64,000 nt of DNA, taken from IMG/VR virus record IMGVR_UViG_3300031857_000018, positions 32,001 through 96,000 of that record; one strand, given 5' to 3'. Below the pieces are notes generated by a model. The model searched no databases, was not told where the DNA came from, and worked only from the letters and a program-made list of their open reading frames with translations. The position numbers and the translations under genes were made by a program. The DNA is from a virus. Below are positions 20,607 to 30,222 of the stretch, one piece after another (positions within the stretch are counted from its first letter, which is position 1; each line of letters starts with the position of its first letter).

Positions 20607-20654
20607 ATTTTCTTTTAATATAAATATAACTAGTTACAGAACCGGTGGTGTTTT

Positions 20655-22235
20655 TTATCTGATCAACCAAGTTAGGTCTTGATCTCCATCACCTGGGTTC
20701 CAGTTCCATCCGGTGTTGTCCATATTTGGCTTTCCGGTGTAAATAACTGGGTTAGTTTTTTGAAATGATGATAGTGCTCGTTTATTTAGGTCAATACCCT
20801 GTTGTCGTAGTTTTAATGCTGTATCTCGTAACCACAATGTAATTGCATACGCCATCACAAGGTCATCATTATATCCTTGCTGTGCTTGTGCTTTACCATT
20901 AAGCCATACAAATACTAATAGTTCTTGTATTAGCCTCTTACTGCGTATAACCGGGGTTCTTTCACGCATATACATTTCTAATGCAGATATCATTAATGGT
21001 CGTGTACGTGATGTAGTTGATACTCCAGGAACCATTTGGCTCTTATCTTTCATATCATAACCTTTACGAAGTTGCACGGATGCATCAGTGTATCCATCGT
21101 CTTTGTATGTGTAATGTAGGTTCTGATATCCTCGGTCAAGTGCCGGTTGAATTGCGGCCCATCCGATGTTTGCATTTTCAATTGCTAGCAAAGCATTGTT
21201 CCATTCGGTTGCAACTGTGACGAGCATGTTACCAAAATCATTCGGCGCAATCTTGCCTTTATACTCAGCAACTTGTCGTACGTCCTGAACATCAAATATT
21301 TGAAATGTTGAAAAGTCACCACCATCGCCTCGGGCAACGTCAGCCACAACCGTGTAATCTTTTGCATAGTCTGGATATTCCCATACCCAATAATTTCCAT
21401 CAAAACCTCTACGTTCAAGTGGTTCTTCTGTTAAATTATCATACTCTAGGAGCAATGGACCATCCACGACAGTATGACCTGAACTAACAAAGTCACAGTC
21501 ACATTCTTGTGCTGCACCTCGTTCACCTAACAGCTGTGTTTGTTCATCACGCCATTGTTGATCTCGTTCTGGATGCACCGTCCAATGCAGTTTAATTGTG
21601 TGGAATCCATTAATGGCTGCTTCGGCATCTGCCCATGTTTGATGAAACCAGTTACCAACTCCATTCGGAGTAGAAAGAACAATTGCACCTCCACCTGTTG
21701 ATAGTGTTGCTTGCGATGCTATCCATATTTCTTCAATGTTTCTGATGAACGCGGCCTCATCTACTATTAGCAATGATAATGCTTCTGAACGTGCTCCTGT
21801 GGTTGCTGATGATACTGCTTTGATTTGTGAGCCGTTCTTAAATTTCAATGATAATTTGTTATCGGCTTCAACTGTACCCTTCAACCAACTTGGCAAGTTG
21901 TCATGCATCACTCGCACTTTGGTTACTAGGTTTTTTGCTACTTCTTGTGTAGTTGCGATAACTAACACGTTGAAGTCTTCTGCAAACAACATGCTCCATA
22001 ATGCAAATCCGGCAGATAGAGTTGAGATACCTAGCTGACGAGACTTAAGAATAACATTGTATCGATTATCTCGTAATTCAGTTAATGAATCTTCCTGAAA
22101 CGGGAATAAATTAAATTTGATCTTGCCTCGTTTAGGATGTTGAATATAACAATAGTTACGCATAAAAAACACAGGATCTTTAGCACATTGCATGTACTGC
22201 TGTTGAATGATCTGTTTTATGCTTGGTTGTGCCAT
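20655..22235 (-). CDS. terL: terminase large subunit
   Basis: KSRQLGIST Walker A, IVDEAAF Walker B, STPNG, DVARG..D.S nuclease motif, DDLVMA. Confidence 0.95.
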   Translation of the reverse strand: MAQPSIKQIIQQQYMQCAKDPVFFMRNYCYIQHPKRGKIKFNLFPFQEDSLTELRDNRYNVILKSRQLGISTLSAGFALWSMLFAEDFNVLVIATTQEVAKNLVTKVRVMHDNLPSWLKGTVEADNKLSLKFKNGSQIKAVSSATTGARSEALSLLIVDEAAFIRNIEEIWIASQATLSTGGGAIVLSTPNGVGNWFHQTWADAEAAINGFHTIKLHWTVHPERDQQWRDEQTQLLGERGAAQECDCDFVSSGHTVVDGPLLLEYDNLTEEPLERRGFDGNYWVWEYPDYAKDYTVVADVARGDGGDFSTFQIFDVQDVRQVAEYKGKIAPNDFGNMLVTVATEWNNALLAIENANIGWAAIQPALDRGYQNLHYTYKDDGYTDASVQLRKGYDMKDKSQMVPGVSTTSRTRPLMISALEMYMRERTPVIRSKRLIQELLVFVWLNGKAQAQQGYNDDLVMAYAITLWLRDTALKLRQQGIDLNKRALSSFQKTNPVIYTGKPNMDNTGWNWNPGDGDQDLTWLIR

Positions 22236-22236
22236 A

Positions 22237-22608
22237 TTACTTTGCTACTTGAAATATTAATATAGTAGATAGAATTCCGCCAGTAAACCAAATTGCTTTA
22301 TTATCATACCAACGTGGTTGTAATCTCTTTTCACGTTCTACATACAAATCAATGTTAGTTTTAAGCAATTTAGATTGTGTAGTTAAATAATTAATTTGCA
22401 ATGAATCTAAATTTATTAAATGCTTTTGATCTGATATTAATGCTCGTTGTTCGTCAATAATTTTATCATTGATATCACAAACTGCATACAATGAATCAAG
22501 CGTAAATGAAATATCTAGTATTTGTTCTTCAGTAAAACATGTATCTGTTTTTTCTTGTCCGTAACTAAATAACGGCAAAAAACATAATATGATTAATAGT
22601 TTTTTCAT
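22237..22608 (-). CDS. exported coiled-coil protein with C-terminal hydrophobic helix (putative spanin component)
   Basis: Signal peptide MKKLLIILCFLPLFSYG|Q; coiled coil; IWFTGGILSTILIF tail. Confidence 0.45.
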   Translation of the reverse strand: MKKLLIILCFLPLFSYGQEKTDTCFTEEQILDISFTLDSLYAVCDINDKIIDEQRALISDQKHLINLDSLQINYLTTQSKLLKTNIDLYVEREKRLQPRWYDNKAIWFTGGILSTILIFQVAK

Positions 22609-22952
22609 TTGTTTTTTGATTTTCTTCCACGACGGCTTGTTTTGTTCAGAATGTTTTCTTTAGCAACATTAACATCGGTTGGTTCTTGGATTACGATATT
22701 TTCTTTTTTCTCTTCCAATTCCTCAATTAATTCTTCATGCTGTGTAATTTCTTCTTTAACCTCAGCTCGTTGTTCTTCTACTACTTCGATTTTGCCTTGT
22801 AGTTCATCAATTTGTTGTTTGTTATCATCAATCTTTTGTTTAATCTTGTCAGATTTTTTTTCATTTTGTTTTTTTGAAATGATAACAAATAATCCGAATA
22901 CTGCAGCCAATGCAGCAACGATTATTGCCCAATACTTTTTAATTGTTTTCAT
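22605..22952 (-). CDS. i-spanin-like membrane coiled-coil protein
   Basis: N-terminal TM helix followed by long heptad coiled coil; 4-nt overlap with partner gene. Confidence 0.45.
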   Translation of the reverse strand: MKTIKKYWAIIVAALAAVFGLFVIISKKQNEKKSDKIKQKIDDNKQQIDELQGKIEVVEEQRAEVKEEITQHEELIEELEEKKENIVIQEPTDVNVAKENILNKTSRRGRKSKNK

Positions 22953-23589
22953 GTTGTGATTCTTTATCTAAGTTTGCTAAAAATTTTTCTTTGAATGTAT
23001 TAAATTGTGCTTGCACTGTTTCTTCAAATTCTTCTGGTGTCATTCGAGCGGTCCAATTTTCTTTTTCGCCTTCTGAATTTGTTACGAATTGTGAAGCTTG
23101 TGTATACGTTTCTTTTAATAATGCAACATCTCGTTCTGCCTCTGCTAACCAAGCTAATGCATTTTCTCGAATTTTGTTTCGTTCATATTCTTCATAACGA
23201 CCTTCTTTTTTCAATTCATGTTCCATTTCAATCACACAATCAAAACACATTCCGTGTAGCTTACGCATCTTTTCATTGAGTGGATGTTTTTCTAAACAAG
23301 TGCAAGTCTCTTTGCGACAGTTTGGATATGAACGAAGTTCTTCACGTACCGATTGTAACACATCTGATGCTTTTGTTTTTTTAATACGAAAACCATCTCG
23401 TTGTTCAATTATGTATGTAGTACCACTTACTGGATCTGTTTCTTCCCAAACATCACCAACGTCATGGCGTTCATTTTTCTTAGCAGCAGAATCTGCATCA
23501 GAAAAACCCACAGTTTTTTTAGTTTGAAACTTGTGGTTACCATCCAACATTTGTTGAATGGCTTTGACATTTTGTAACTTTTTAGACAT
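22939..23589 (-). CDS. hypothetical protein with Cys cluster
   Basis: C..C.C and CFDC motifs; GD.WEE. Confidence 0.7.
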   Translation of the reverse strand: MSKKLQNVKAIQQMLDGNHKFQTKKTVGFSDADSAAKKNERHDVGDVWEETDPVSGTTYIIEQRDGFRIKKTKASDVLQSVREELRSYPNCRKETCTCLEKHPLNEKMRKLHGMCFDCVIEMEHELKKEGRYEEYERNKIRENALAWLAEAERDVALLKETYTQASQFVTNSEGEKENWTARMTPEEFEETVQAQFNTFKEKFLANLDKESQHENN

Positions 23590-23595
23590 ATAACT

Positions 23596-24462
23596 TTATT
23601 TTTTATTGTTTACTTCAGCATTTAATGATGCTAATTTTTTAACCATTGCAATTCGAATCATTTTATAAAAATTTGCTTGATCTGCTGGCTCTGCATCTTT
23701 AAGTGCTAAATTAATTGCTTTCAACGTAATTTTAGCTCGAGCAATATTTCCTTCTTGTGTTTTTAAATAATTAACAAAACGATCTAGATCCATCACCGCA
23801 GTTGTCTCTGCAGATGCTTCGGGGGCAGCTGCTGGTGCTTCTGCTGATGTGTCCGGTGCCGGAGTTTCGGCAGGAGTTTCTGCTGGTACGTCAGTTGGTA
23901 CTTCTGCAGACATATCAGGTGCTGGTGGAGCAGCCATATCAGGTGCAGGAGGTGTAGTTGTGTCAGTAGCGGCTGCATCGGCAGGTGGTGTTTCAGCTGC
24001 AGGCTCTTCTACTGGTGGCTCTTCTACTGGTGCTTCTTCTTCAGGCGCTGTTACAGGTTGCTCAATTAACATTGAAGCAATTTTTCTACGTACATATTCT
24101 CTAACTAAACGTTCTTTTTGTTCGCGAGTTAAGTTTTCAATTTTATCTTTAAGAACGTCTGCAGTTTCTTTTTCTTCCGCATCTTGACGCTTTTTAAGTT
24201 TTTTAGCAGCATCCTTTGGTTCGTATTCTGCTTTTTCTAAATCTTTGTATAAACGATCTTCAGCGTTATATTTAACATTTAAATCGCCAGTATCAACCAT
24301 TTCTTTGTCTGTTTTACGTAATACGTTAAGATGTTTTTCACCCGTAGATTTTGGATTCATTCCTCCATCTTTGTCATCCATTGTGTAATCTTTAAGATCT
24401 TTTCTGGATTTGTATTTTGTGTTTTCTGGTTTTTTATACTTGCTTTTATGTTTTTCAGCCAT
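23596..24462 (-). CDS. hypothetical protein with Pro/Ala/Glu-rich linker (probable internal head protein)
   Basis: LVREYVRRKI..ML.EQ followed by low-complexity linker; late motif upstream. Confidence 0.65.
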   Translation of the reverse strand: MAEKHKSKYKKPENTKYKSRKDLKDYTMDDKDGGMNPKSTGEKHLNVLRKTDKEMVDTGDLNVKYNAEDRLYKDLEKAEYEPKDAAKKLKKRQDAEEKETADVLKDKIENLTREQKERLVREYVRRKIASMLIEQPVTAPEEEAPVEEPPVEEPAAETPPADAAATDTTTPPAPDMAAPPAPDMSAEVPTDVPAETPAETPAPDTSAEAPAAAPEASAETTAVMDLDRFVNYLKTQEGNIARAKITLKAINLALKDAEPADQANFYKMIRIAMVKKLASLNAEVNNKK

Positions 24463-24492
24463 CAGTTTATTCCTTATTATTTAATATAAATA

Positions 24493-26988
24493 TCAGCGTG
24501 CGTATTTTAACACCCCTAAAATTTGGTTCACTGGTGCAAATGCGCCTGTCATTTTATATGTATTGCCTTGATATGTGAATACAACCCCTTCAGACGGTAC
24601 TATAGCATCAAATCCGCCAAGTTTTTGAATTCGTCCTAATTCATGTTTAAGTTTTGTTAGAGTTGCCTCATCACCTTTGGTTTGCAAATCTTTGATGAGT
24701 TGTGCTAATTCTGTTTTAATATCCTGCACCGTTTTTGTTGGATTTGCTGCGAGATAATTTGTTGCATTTTGTAATACCAATACACCTAATCGCAAAAAGA
24801 TAGATTCGAATGGTTCCAAGTTTTGTTTGCGATACTGTTTGAAATCTTTTTTATCAAATGCATCAACCCAGGTAACAAATTCTGGATTATCTATTTGTTT
24901 TTTAAGTACTGAGATGTTTGTAGATTTATCATCAAATGCCCAACGATATATTAATGCAGTTAATATAGTATCAGGAATTTCATATCCTACCTCTTTTGCT
25001 TTTGTTTGAATAACATCTCTCCACCATGCTTTATGATAATCACTCAATAGGTCTGTATCTTTTAATCCGTAGCGATCACGAAGTTGATCAATTTCATTGT
25101 AGAATGCAGATTGCTGATCTTCAAAATCATACACTCGGCCTAATTTAATACGTTGTGGCGGAATGAATGAAAATGTGTTTTGCATGTGTGCATTTGCATC
25201 TTGAATAATTTTTTGCATCATAGCACCACCTGTTAAATCGGTTTCGACTACATTGCCTTTTTCATCGTATTCAACTAGGTTATGAAATTGTAAATGTGCT
25301 TTGTCATATGCAATTACATTTTTAGTTGCTGGATAAATAATTTCCATGTTTGCAAATACTCGGCCGCCTTTGAATATTTGTTCTAGTTTGTCTGCCGGTA
25401 AAGCTGACATTGCCCCGGTAATATCTTGTGCCATTTCTCGAAATGCATCAACAACTAGTTTGTATCCTTCTGCAGCTGCTGCACCGGATTTTGTAATAGT
25501 TTCTTGATATTTACGTTCAAAATCAGCAACTAGTTGATCTGGCGTCATTGGATTAATTATCGTGCCTTTGTTACGAGCAAATCCAGGTTGTCCATTTTTC
25601 CATGTAAATTGTATGTTTTGACCATCTGTCTTTTCAGTGACAGCTTCTTCAATATCTAGACGACCTGACAAAGCACGAGACACAATTTCACGGACATCAT
25701 TAAATGTTAATCCGTGATCGTCCCATGGGTGTGCCATATGTCCTGCTGCACCGCCCTCAGTTAAAATACCTCCGGTTTTCATTCGTGACTCGATAGTATA
25801 AATAATATCATTCGGGTCATTTGCTTTCCAACGAGATCTTTGTTTTTTAACTGTTTTAGGTCGCAGTTCAATCATTTTTTTACTAGAATTCCATACTAAC
25901 ATGAATGGCATATGTATTGGAATATCAAACTGATAATCAGATCCTACACCGCTAGGTCGATTTTGTTTTAATTGACTAGCAATTCGATCTCCATACTCAT
26001 TGGCTAAATCTTCAAAGAAATCTCGAAGTTCATCCATATAAATAGGAGCTTCATTACGAGGATCGTTTAATCGTTCTATAAAATGAGTAAACTGTCCTTG
26101 AAAATTCACATCAATACCATATTCACGGAAGAATCCATCTACGGCATTTTCAATTGATGCTAATTCTTGTCTGGTAATATAGTTTTCTGCAATAATACCT
26201 TCTACAAGTTTTGCACCAACCACTGTTTTAGCAAAATCATCAAAATCATATACAAATGATTTGCTTGTATGTTGGTCTAGGAAGTTTCTTAGTTTATTAA
26301 TTTTTTCTGCATGCCGTTTCTTTTCACGTGGAAACATCATTGATTCAACTACATCATCAACATCTTCTTGCAATGCAGATTTCCACCAATCTTTTGTGAA
26401 CACCGCTTCTTGCATACCAGTAACAACTTGCCATGCATTTTTAACAGCTGCTTCATCAAATTGAGGATATGATGCCCGGAATTGTGCAAAATTATTGTTT
26501 GCAATTGCATCTCGTACCATGGTCGCAGATACCGGTTCTCCATTGCCATATGCTAATGGATCTACATTAATACTCAATTCAGTAGCATCAATACCACCAG
26601 GAATAGTACGTCCTTTTTTGTCGCCTATAGTAGCATATTTATCTACATTTGGCACAAAATCTTTAGCCCGAACATAATCATCTCCTTTTGCAGAAGCCGC
26701 CATTGCAAATCTACCTGTTGCATCTTGTGGCAATGCAAACAAGTATTCATATGCCGCCATGATAGGAGAATTAAAATCAGTTGGTTGTATTTCAATGTTT
26801 GGATTATCGTTTAAGATGTTAAACAATTCCATGGTTTTTTCACGTGTAATTCCATCGCGCTCTTTAGGGCCAATCAACATGATTACGCGTTCTACTTGTG
26901 GATCTGTAGCATATCGATTTGCTAAATCTAGATGAGCACCAGTTAATGGTTTAAAACCTCCTGGGAATAGTACTGTTATTTTGTTCAT
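24493..26988 (-). CDS. multi-domain protein: cytidyltransferase-like (HUP) domain + middle domain + ligase-like nucleotidyltransferase domain
   Basis: FPGGFKPLTGAH and SAT.VR (HUP fold); HFIERLNDPRN middle domain; EGGAAGHMAHP, EKTDG, SEGVVF...YK.TG (ligase-type motifs I, IV, V). Confidence 0.65.
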   Translation of the reverse strand: MNKITVLFPGGFKPLTGAHLDLANRYATDPQVERVIMLIGPKERDGITREKTMELFNILNDNPNIEIQPTDFNSPIMAAYEYLFALPQDATGRFAMAASAKGDDYVRAKDFVPNVDKYATIGDKKGRTIPGGIDATELSINVDPLAYGNGEPVSATMVRDAIANNNFAQFRASYPQFDEAAVKNAWQVVTGMQEAVFTKDWWKSALQEDVDDVVESMMFPREKKRHAEKINKLRNFLDQHTSKSFVYDFDDFAKTVVGAKLVEGIIAENYITRQELASIENAVDGFFREYGIDVNFQGQFTHFIERLNDPRNEAPIYMDELRDFFEDLANEYGDRIASQLKQNRPSGVGSDYQFDIPIHMPFMLVWNSSKKMIELRPKTVKKQRSRWKANDPNDIIYTIESRMKTGGILTEGGAAGHMAHPWDDHGLTFNDVREIVSRALSGRLDIEEAVTEKTDGQNIQFTWKNGQPGFARNKGTIINPMTPDQLVADFERKYQETITKSGAAAAEGYKLVVDAFREMAQDITGAMSALPADKLEQIFKGGRVFANMEIIYPATKNVIAYDKAHLQFHNLVEYDEKGNVVETDLTGGAMMQKIIQDANAHMQNTFSFIPPQRIKLGRVYDFEDQQSAFYNEIDQLRDRYGLKDTDLLSDYHKAWWRDVIQTKAKEVGYEIPDTILTALIYRWAFDDKSTNISVLKKQIDNPEFVTWVDAFDKKDFKQYRKQNLEPFESIFLRLGVLVLQNATNYLAANPTKTVQDIKTELAQLIKDLQTKGDEATLTKLKHELGRIQKLGGFDAIVPSEGVVFTYQGNTYKMTGAFAPVNQILGVLKYAR

Positions 26989-27015
26989 TTCATGTTTCTT
27001 TTATATATAAATATA

Positions 27016-30000
27016 TTATGACCAAGTACCGGTTTCATTTATAGAAATCCATCCAGCAATAGAGCTACTACCAGGTGCTAATAATTGTATCGATGCATAT
27101 TGTGTTGATGTTGTCCTCGAAGTATCTGCGGCTGCAGAACCAGCAATATATATACCACCGGTTATAGTAACAGTGCCTGTTTGTCTGTTAATAATTCTTA
27201 TAATACGGCCGGCGTCTGCATCAGTTGGTGTTCCTAAATCAATAGTCATTGTTCCTGATGAATGATTGCAAATAATAATACTATCCGAAGTTTCCAATGT
27301 AATATCTGGTGATCCGCCGGTTGCTGTTACCACGCGTTGCCCGTAATGTGTAGCTCCGTTAATTAATATTCTACGATCTTGTCCATTAGCTGAACCAGAT
27401 ACTGCAATGTAAGGTCTAATAGCAACGCTGTTATTGGTTATCGTGTACGATTGCCCCCAATTTCCTAAAGTTCGATTGCCGATTATCGTAGCTGTTGTAC
27501 TACTTACATTAGCTGGGTTTATATTCAATTGACCATAAGAATTATTTTTTAATTGTATTCTAGGTTGATTTACACCAGAGCCGCCGGCAACTCCGGAGCT
27601 GGATATAGTTAAGATACCTCCATTGGTGTCACCATCACCTATTTTCAAATTACGTTTAAACGAAAAATCTAAAGGGTTTTCGGTGCCAGCAGTAATGAAA
27701 TATGAATCGCCTGTGTTTCCAGCAGTTACCAATGTTATTACAGCTGCTTCATCTAATGTTATTTGATCATATGTCGTTGGCGGTGCTGTACGATTAAAGA
27801 ATGTGTCTAAAATTTTATTTTGAAAAACCGTTTCCAGAATAAAATCTATTCGTTCTGTCGCGCCAATACTAGGTAAAAGAAAATCTCCTATAGGTCTTGA
27901 TAATGCTATATTTACTCGTACTCTGCGTACAATTTCGCCACCTAACGATCCATCCATTACTATTCGAACTGCCGGGGTGTTGGTAAAATCGTTTTCGATA
28001 TAATTTTGCAAATATGAACCAGAATTTGCATTTGTAATTATTACAGTTTTATCACGTATTACATTTGCTAAAGCAACACCAGTAAATAATGCGTTGCTAG
28101 CAGTAACGTTTCCTTCTGCTGACAAATGAAAATTGCTAGCTGAAATTTCAATATTTCCATTAGCCCCGCTTATAAATGGCGCAGGATATTGTCCAAAGAA
28201 GAATTTATCCGTACGTACATCAATTTCACTGTCTGTGGTACTATATCTAAAATAACTTGAAGTATTTGCATATAATTCTAAACCAACGCCGCTATACGGC
28301 ACTCCCCCTTTAGTTCCCAGAGAACCAGATAAAGCAGATCCACTCCACAATAAGAAGCCAGGAAATCCTGCAGTAAAGCCTTCATATCCTAATGAACGAA
28401 TAAATCCAGTATTCTTATATCCGGATATAGCAACTCCAGTTTCTAATGAATCTGCTACATATAAAGAACCGGTGAGCATTGAATAATCACCATCGATATA
28501 TCGGTTACCTCCTGCCCAATCTTTGTTATACACATAACTAATTTGTTTGCTTTTTTCTCCATTAACATTGTAATACTCTGCTTTGAATGTTAATTGGTTT
28601 TTAGATTTATGTGCGGTTGGAACTAGGGTTCGTAGTCTGGTGTAATTAGGAGAATATCCAGCATCATTGTCAGTTGTAGTTCGAATATCAGCAACCTGCC
28701 ATAATCCTTCTTCTGCTACAAGTAGTAATACACCATCACCATCATGATCTGCAGTAAAATTAAATACGGTATCATCCCAACGCTGTGATGTTTCTGCAAT
28801 TTGCAATTCACCGACACGTTTTCCAAATTTAACTGGAAATTCCTGATTAAAATAATCTGTAGGATTATAATCAAATGCACTGCCTGATAAATACAAAGAT
28901 AATTTTGCAGTGGATGACCCAGATACTGTACCTATAGCATCCAATGTAATTTTATACTCAGAATTCGCAATAAATATCCCATTGTATGCAGAATTAATTT
29001 TTGCAACTGTAACTGAATTCAGAGCAGATATATTTGCAGTATTTTGTATTAACATGGAATTGTTAAGTGATTGGGTTGTCCATGTTAATATTGGAGCTGA
29101 TGATACTGCACTGTTTACATATGTGATGCCTTGCCAATATGTATTAATAGTACTTTGAGTAACAAACATACCAATACTGGTATCCGGATATAATGATGCA
29201 GTGCTAGCAATAAACATTTCTGTTTCATCTAATTCAACATCATTTAATAGTTCCCATGTACCAACCGTGCCTGTGTTGTTCATAAACACTTTAACTCTAG
29301 AAACATCTCCGGTTGCTGGATCTAATCCTTTAATTTGCATTAACGCAAATGATTCAGAATTCTGAGTAGCTACATATTCCGGTGTTGCTTCATATGCAAT
29401 ACTATAAGAACTTGCTGCAAATTCTGTATATGTATGTTGTGATATGCTTTGGCTACTATACGCCGTATACTCTGTGTCTAATAAGGCTACGGTTCCGGTT
29501 AATATCTTTTTAATCGTACTGGTGTACGTAGTTGTAGATATAGGGAAATTGGGCGTAGGCGTTGGATTAACAGGCGATGGTACAGTTAATGTGCCTGTAC
29601 TCATATCATTTGTAAATGTTCCACCGATTAACTCAATAGCCGGCTGATTGTTATATAAAAAATAACGAACCGTACCAGATGAATATGTAGGAAATTGTCC
29701 TGCCGGAGAATATACTCGATCTAAATGAACTCCGACATTTTCACTGATTACTAGTTCCGGAATTTGTTCAAAAATAATTTCAGATATATTTGATACATTC
29801 GGATTAACCGGGACTGTGCGTGTCCATTTTATATTTGATTTACCTTGCCAATCTGCGGGAACATTGATAGCTTCGCCAGTAACAGTAATAGTACAATCAC
29901 CAGGCGATGTTTCTTCATAAATAAAGATTGCAATTACACGGCTTTTATCTTCATCAATAAAATTGACAATTTCAGAATAAATTGGATCGCCATTGTAATC

Positions 30001-30195
30001 TAATACTTCAATGTTTAAATATGATCCAGGGCGTAGATTTGTTGGATGTCCTCGAAGTTTGAACAAGTTCTTACCAGCAGTTAAGCGTGTAGGAAACTCG
30101 GTAATTTGGAAGTAATCAGGTGATGTTAATGATGTATCTTCAAACCAAACCGGAACAAATTGTAAACCCTTATATACTGCTTCTTTACGTTTCAT
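27016..30195 (-). CDS. large virion structural protein (tail/baseplate-associated)
   Basis: YF.I.EFP..L.AGKN.F N-terminus, SGS-rich beta structure, fibre-like C-terminus. Confidence 0.55.
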   Translation of the reverse strand: MKRKEAVYKGLQFVPVWFEDTSLTSPDYFQITEFPTRLTAGKNLFKLRGHPTNLRPGSYLNIEVLDYNGDPIYSEIVNFIDEDKSRVIAIFIYEETSPGDCTITVTGEAINVPADWQGKSNIKWTRTVPVNPNVSNISEIIFEQIPELVISENVGVHLDRVYSPAGQFPTYSSGTVRYFLYNNQPAIELIGGTFTNDMSTGTLTVPSPVNPTPTPNFPISTTTYTSTIKKILTGTVALLDTEYTAYSSQSISQHTYTEFAASSYSIAYEATPEYVATQNSESFALMQIKGLDPATGDVSRVKVFMNNTGTVGTWELLNDVELDETEMFIASTASLYPDTSIGMFVTQSTINTYWQGITYVNSAVSSAPILTWTTQSLNNSMLIQNTANISALNSVTVAKINSAYNGIFIANSEYKITLDAIGTVSGSSTAKLSLYLSGSAFDYNPTDYFNQEFPVKFGKRVGELQIAETSQRWDDTVFNFTADHDGDGVLLLVAEEGLWQVADIRTTTDNDAGYSPNYTRLRTLVPTAHKSKNQLTFKAEYYNVNGEKSKQISYVYNKDWAGGNRYIDGDYSMLTGSLYVADSLETGVAISGYKNTGFIRSLGYEGFTAGFPGFLLWSGSALSGSLGTKGGVPYSGVGLELYANTSSYFRYSTTDSEIDVRTDKFFFGQYPAPFISGANGNIEISASNFHLSAEGNVTASNALFTGVALANVIRDKTVIITNANSGSYLQNYIENDFTNTPAVRIVMDGSLGGEIVRRVRVNIALSRPIGDFLLPSIGATERIDFILETVFQNKILDTFFNRTAPPTTYDQITLDEAAVITLVTAGNTGDSYFITAGTENPLDFSFKRNLKIGDGDTNGGILTISSSGVAGGSGVNQPRIQLKNNSYGQLNINPANVSSTTATIIGNRTLGNWGQSYTITNNSVAIRPYIAVSGSANGQDRRILINGATHYGQRVVTATGGSPDITLETSDSIIICNHSSGTMTIDLGTPTDADAGRIIRIINRQTGTVTITGGIYIAGSAAADTSRTTSTQYASIQLLAPGSSSIAGWISINETGTWS

Positions 30196-30222
30196 TCACT
30201 GATATTCTTTTAAATATAAATA

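Noticed and set aside
12485-22235. Introns or inteins in capsid, portal or terminase genes
   Set aside because: ORFs are continuous, of normal length, and show no intein or homing endonuclease motifs.
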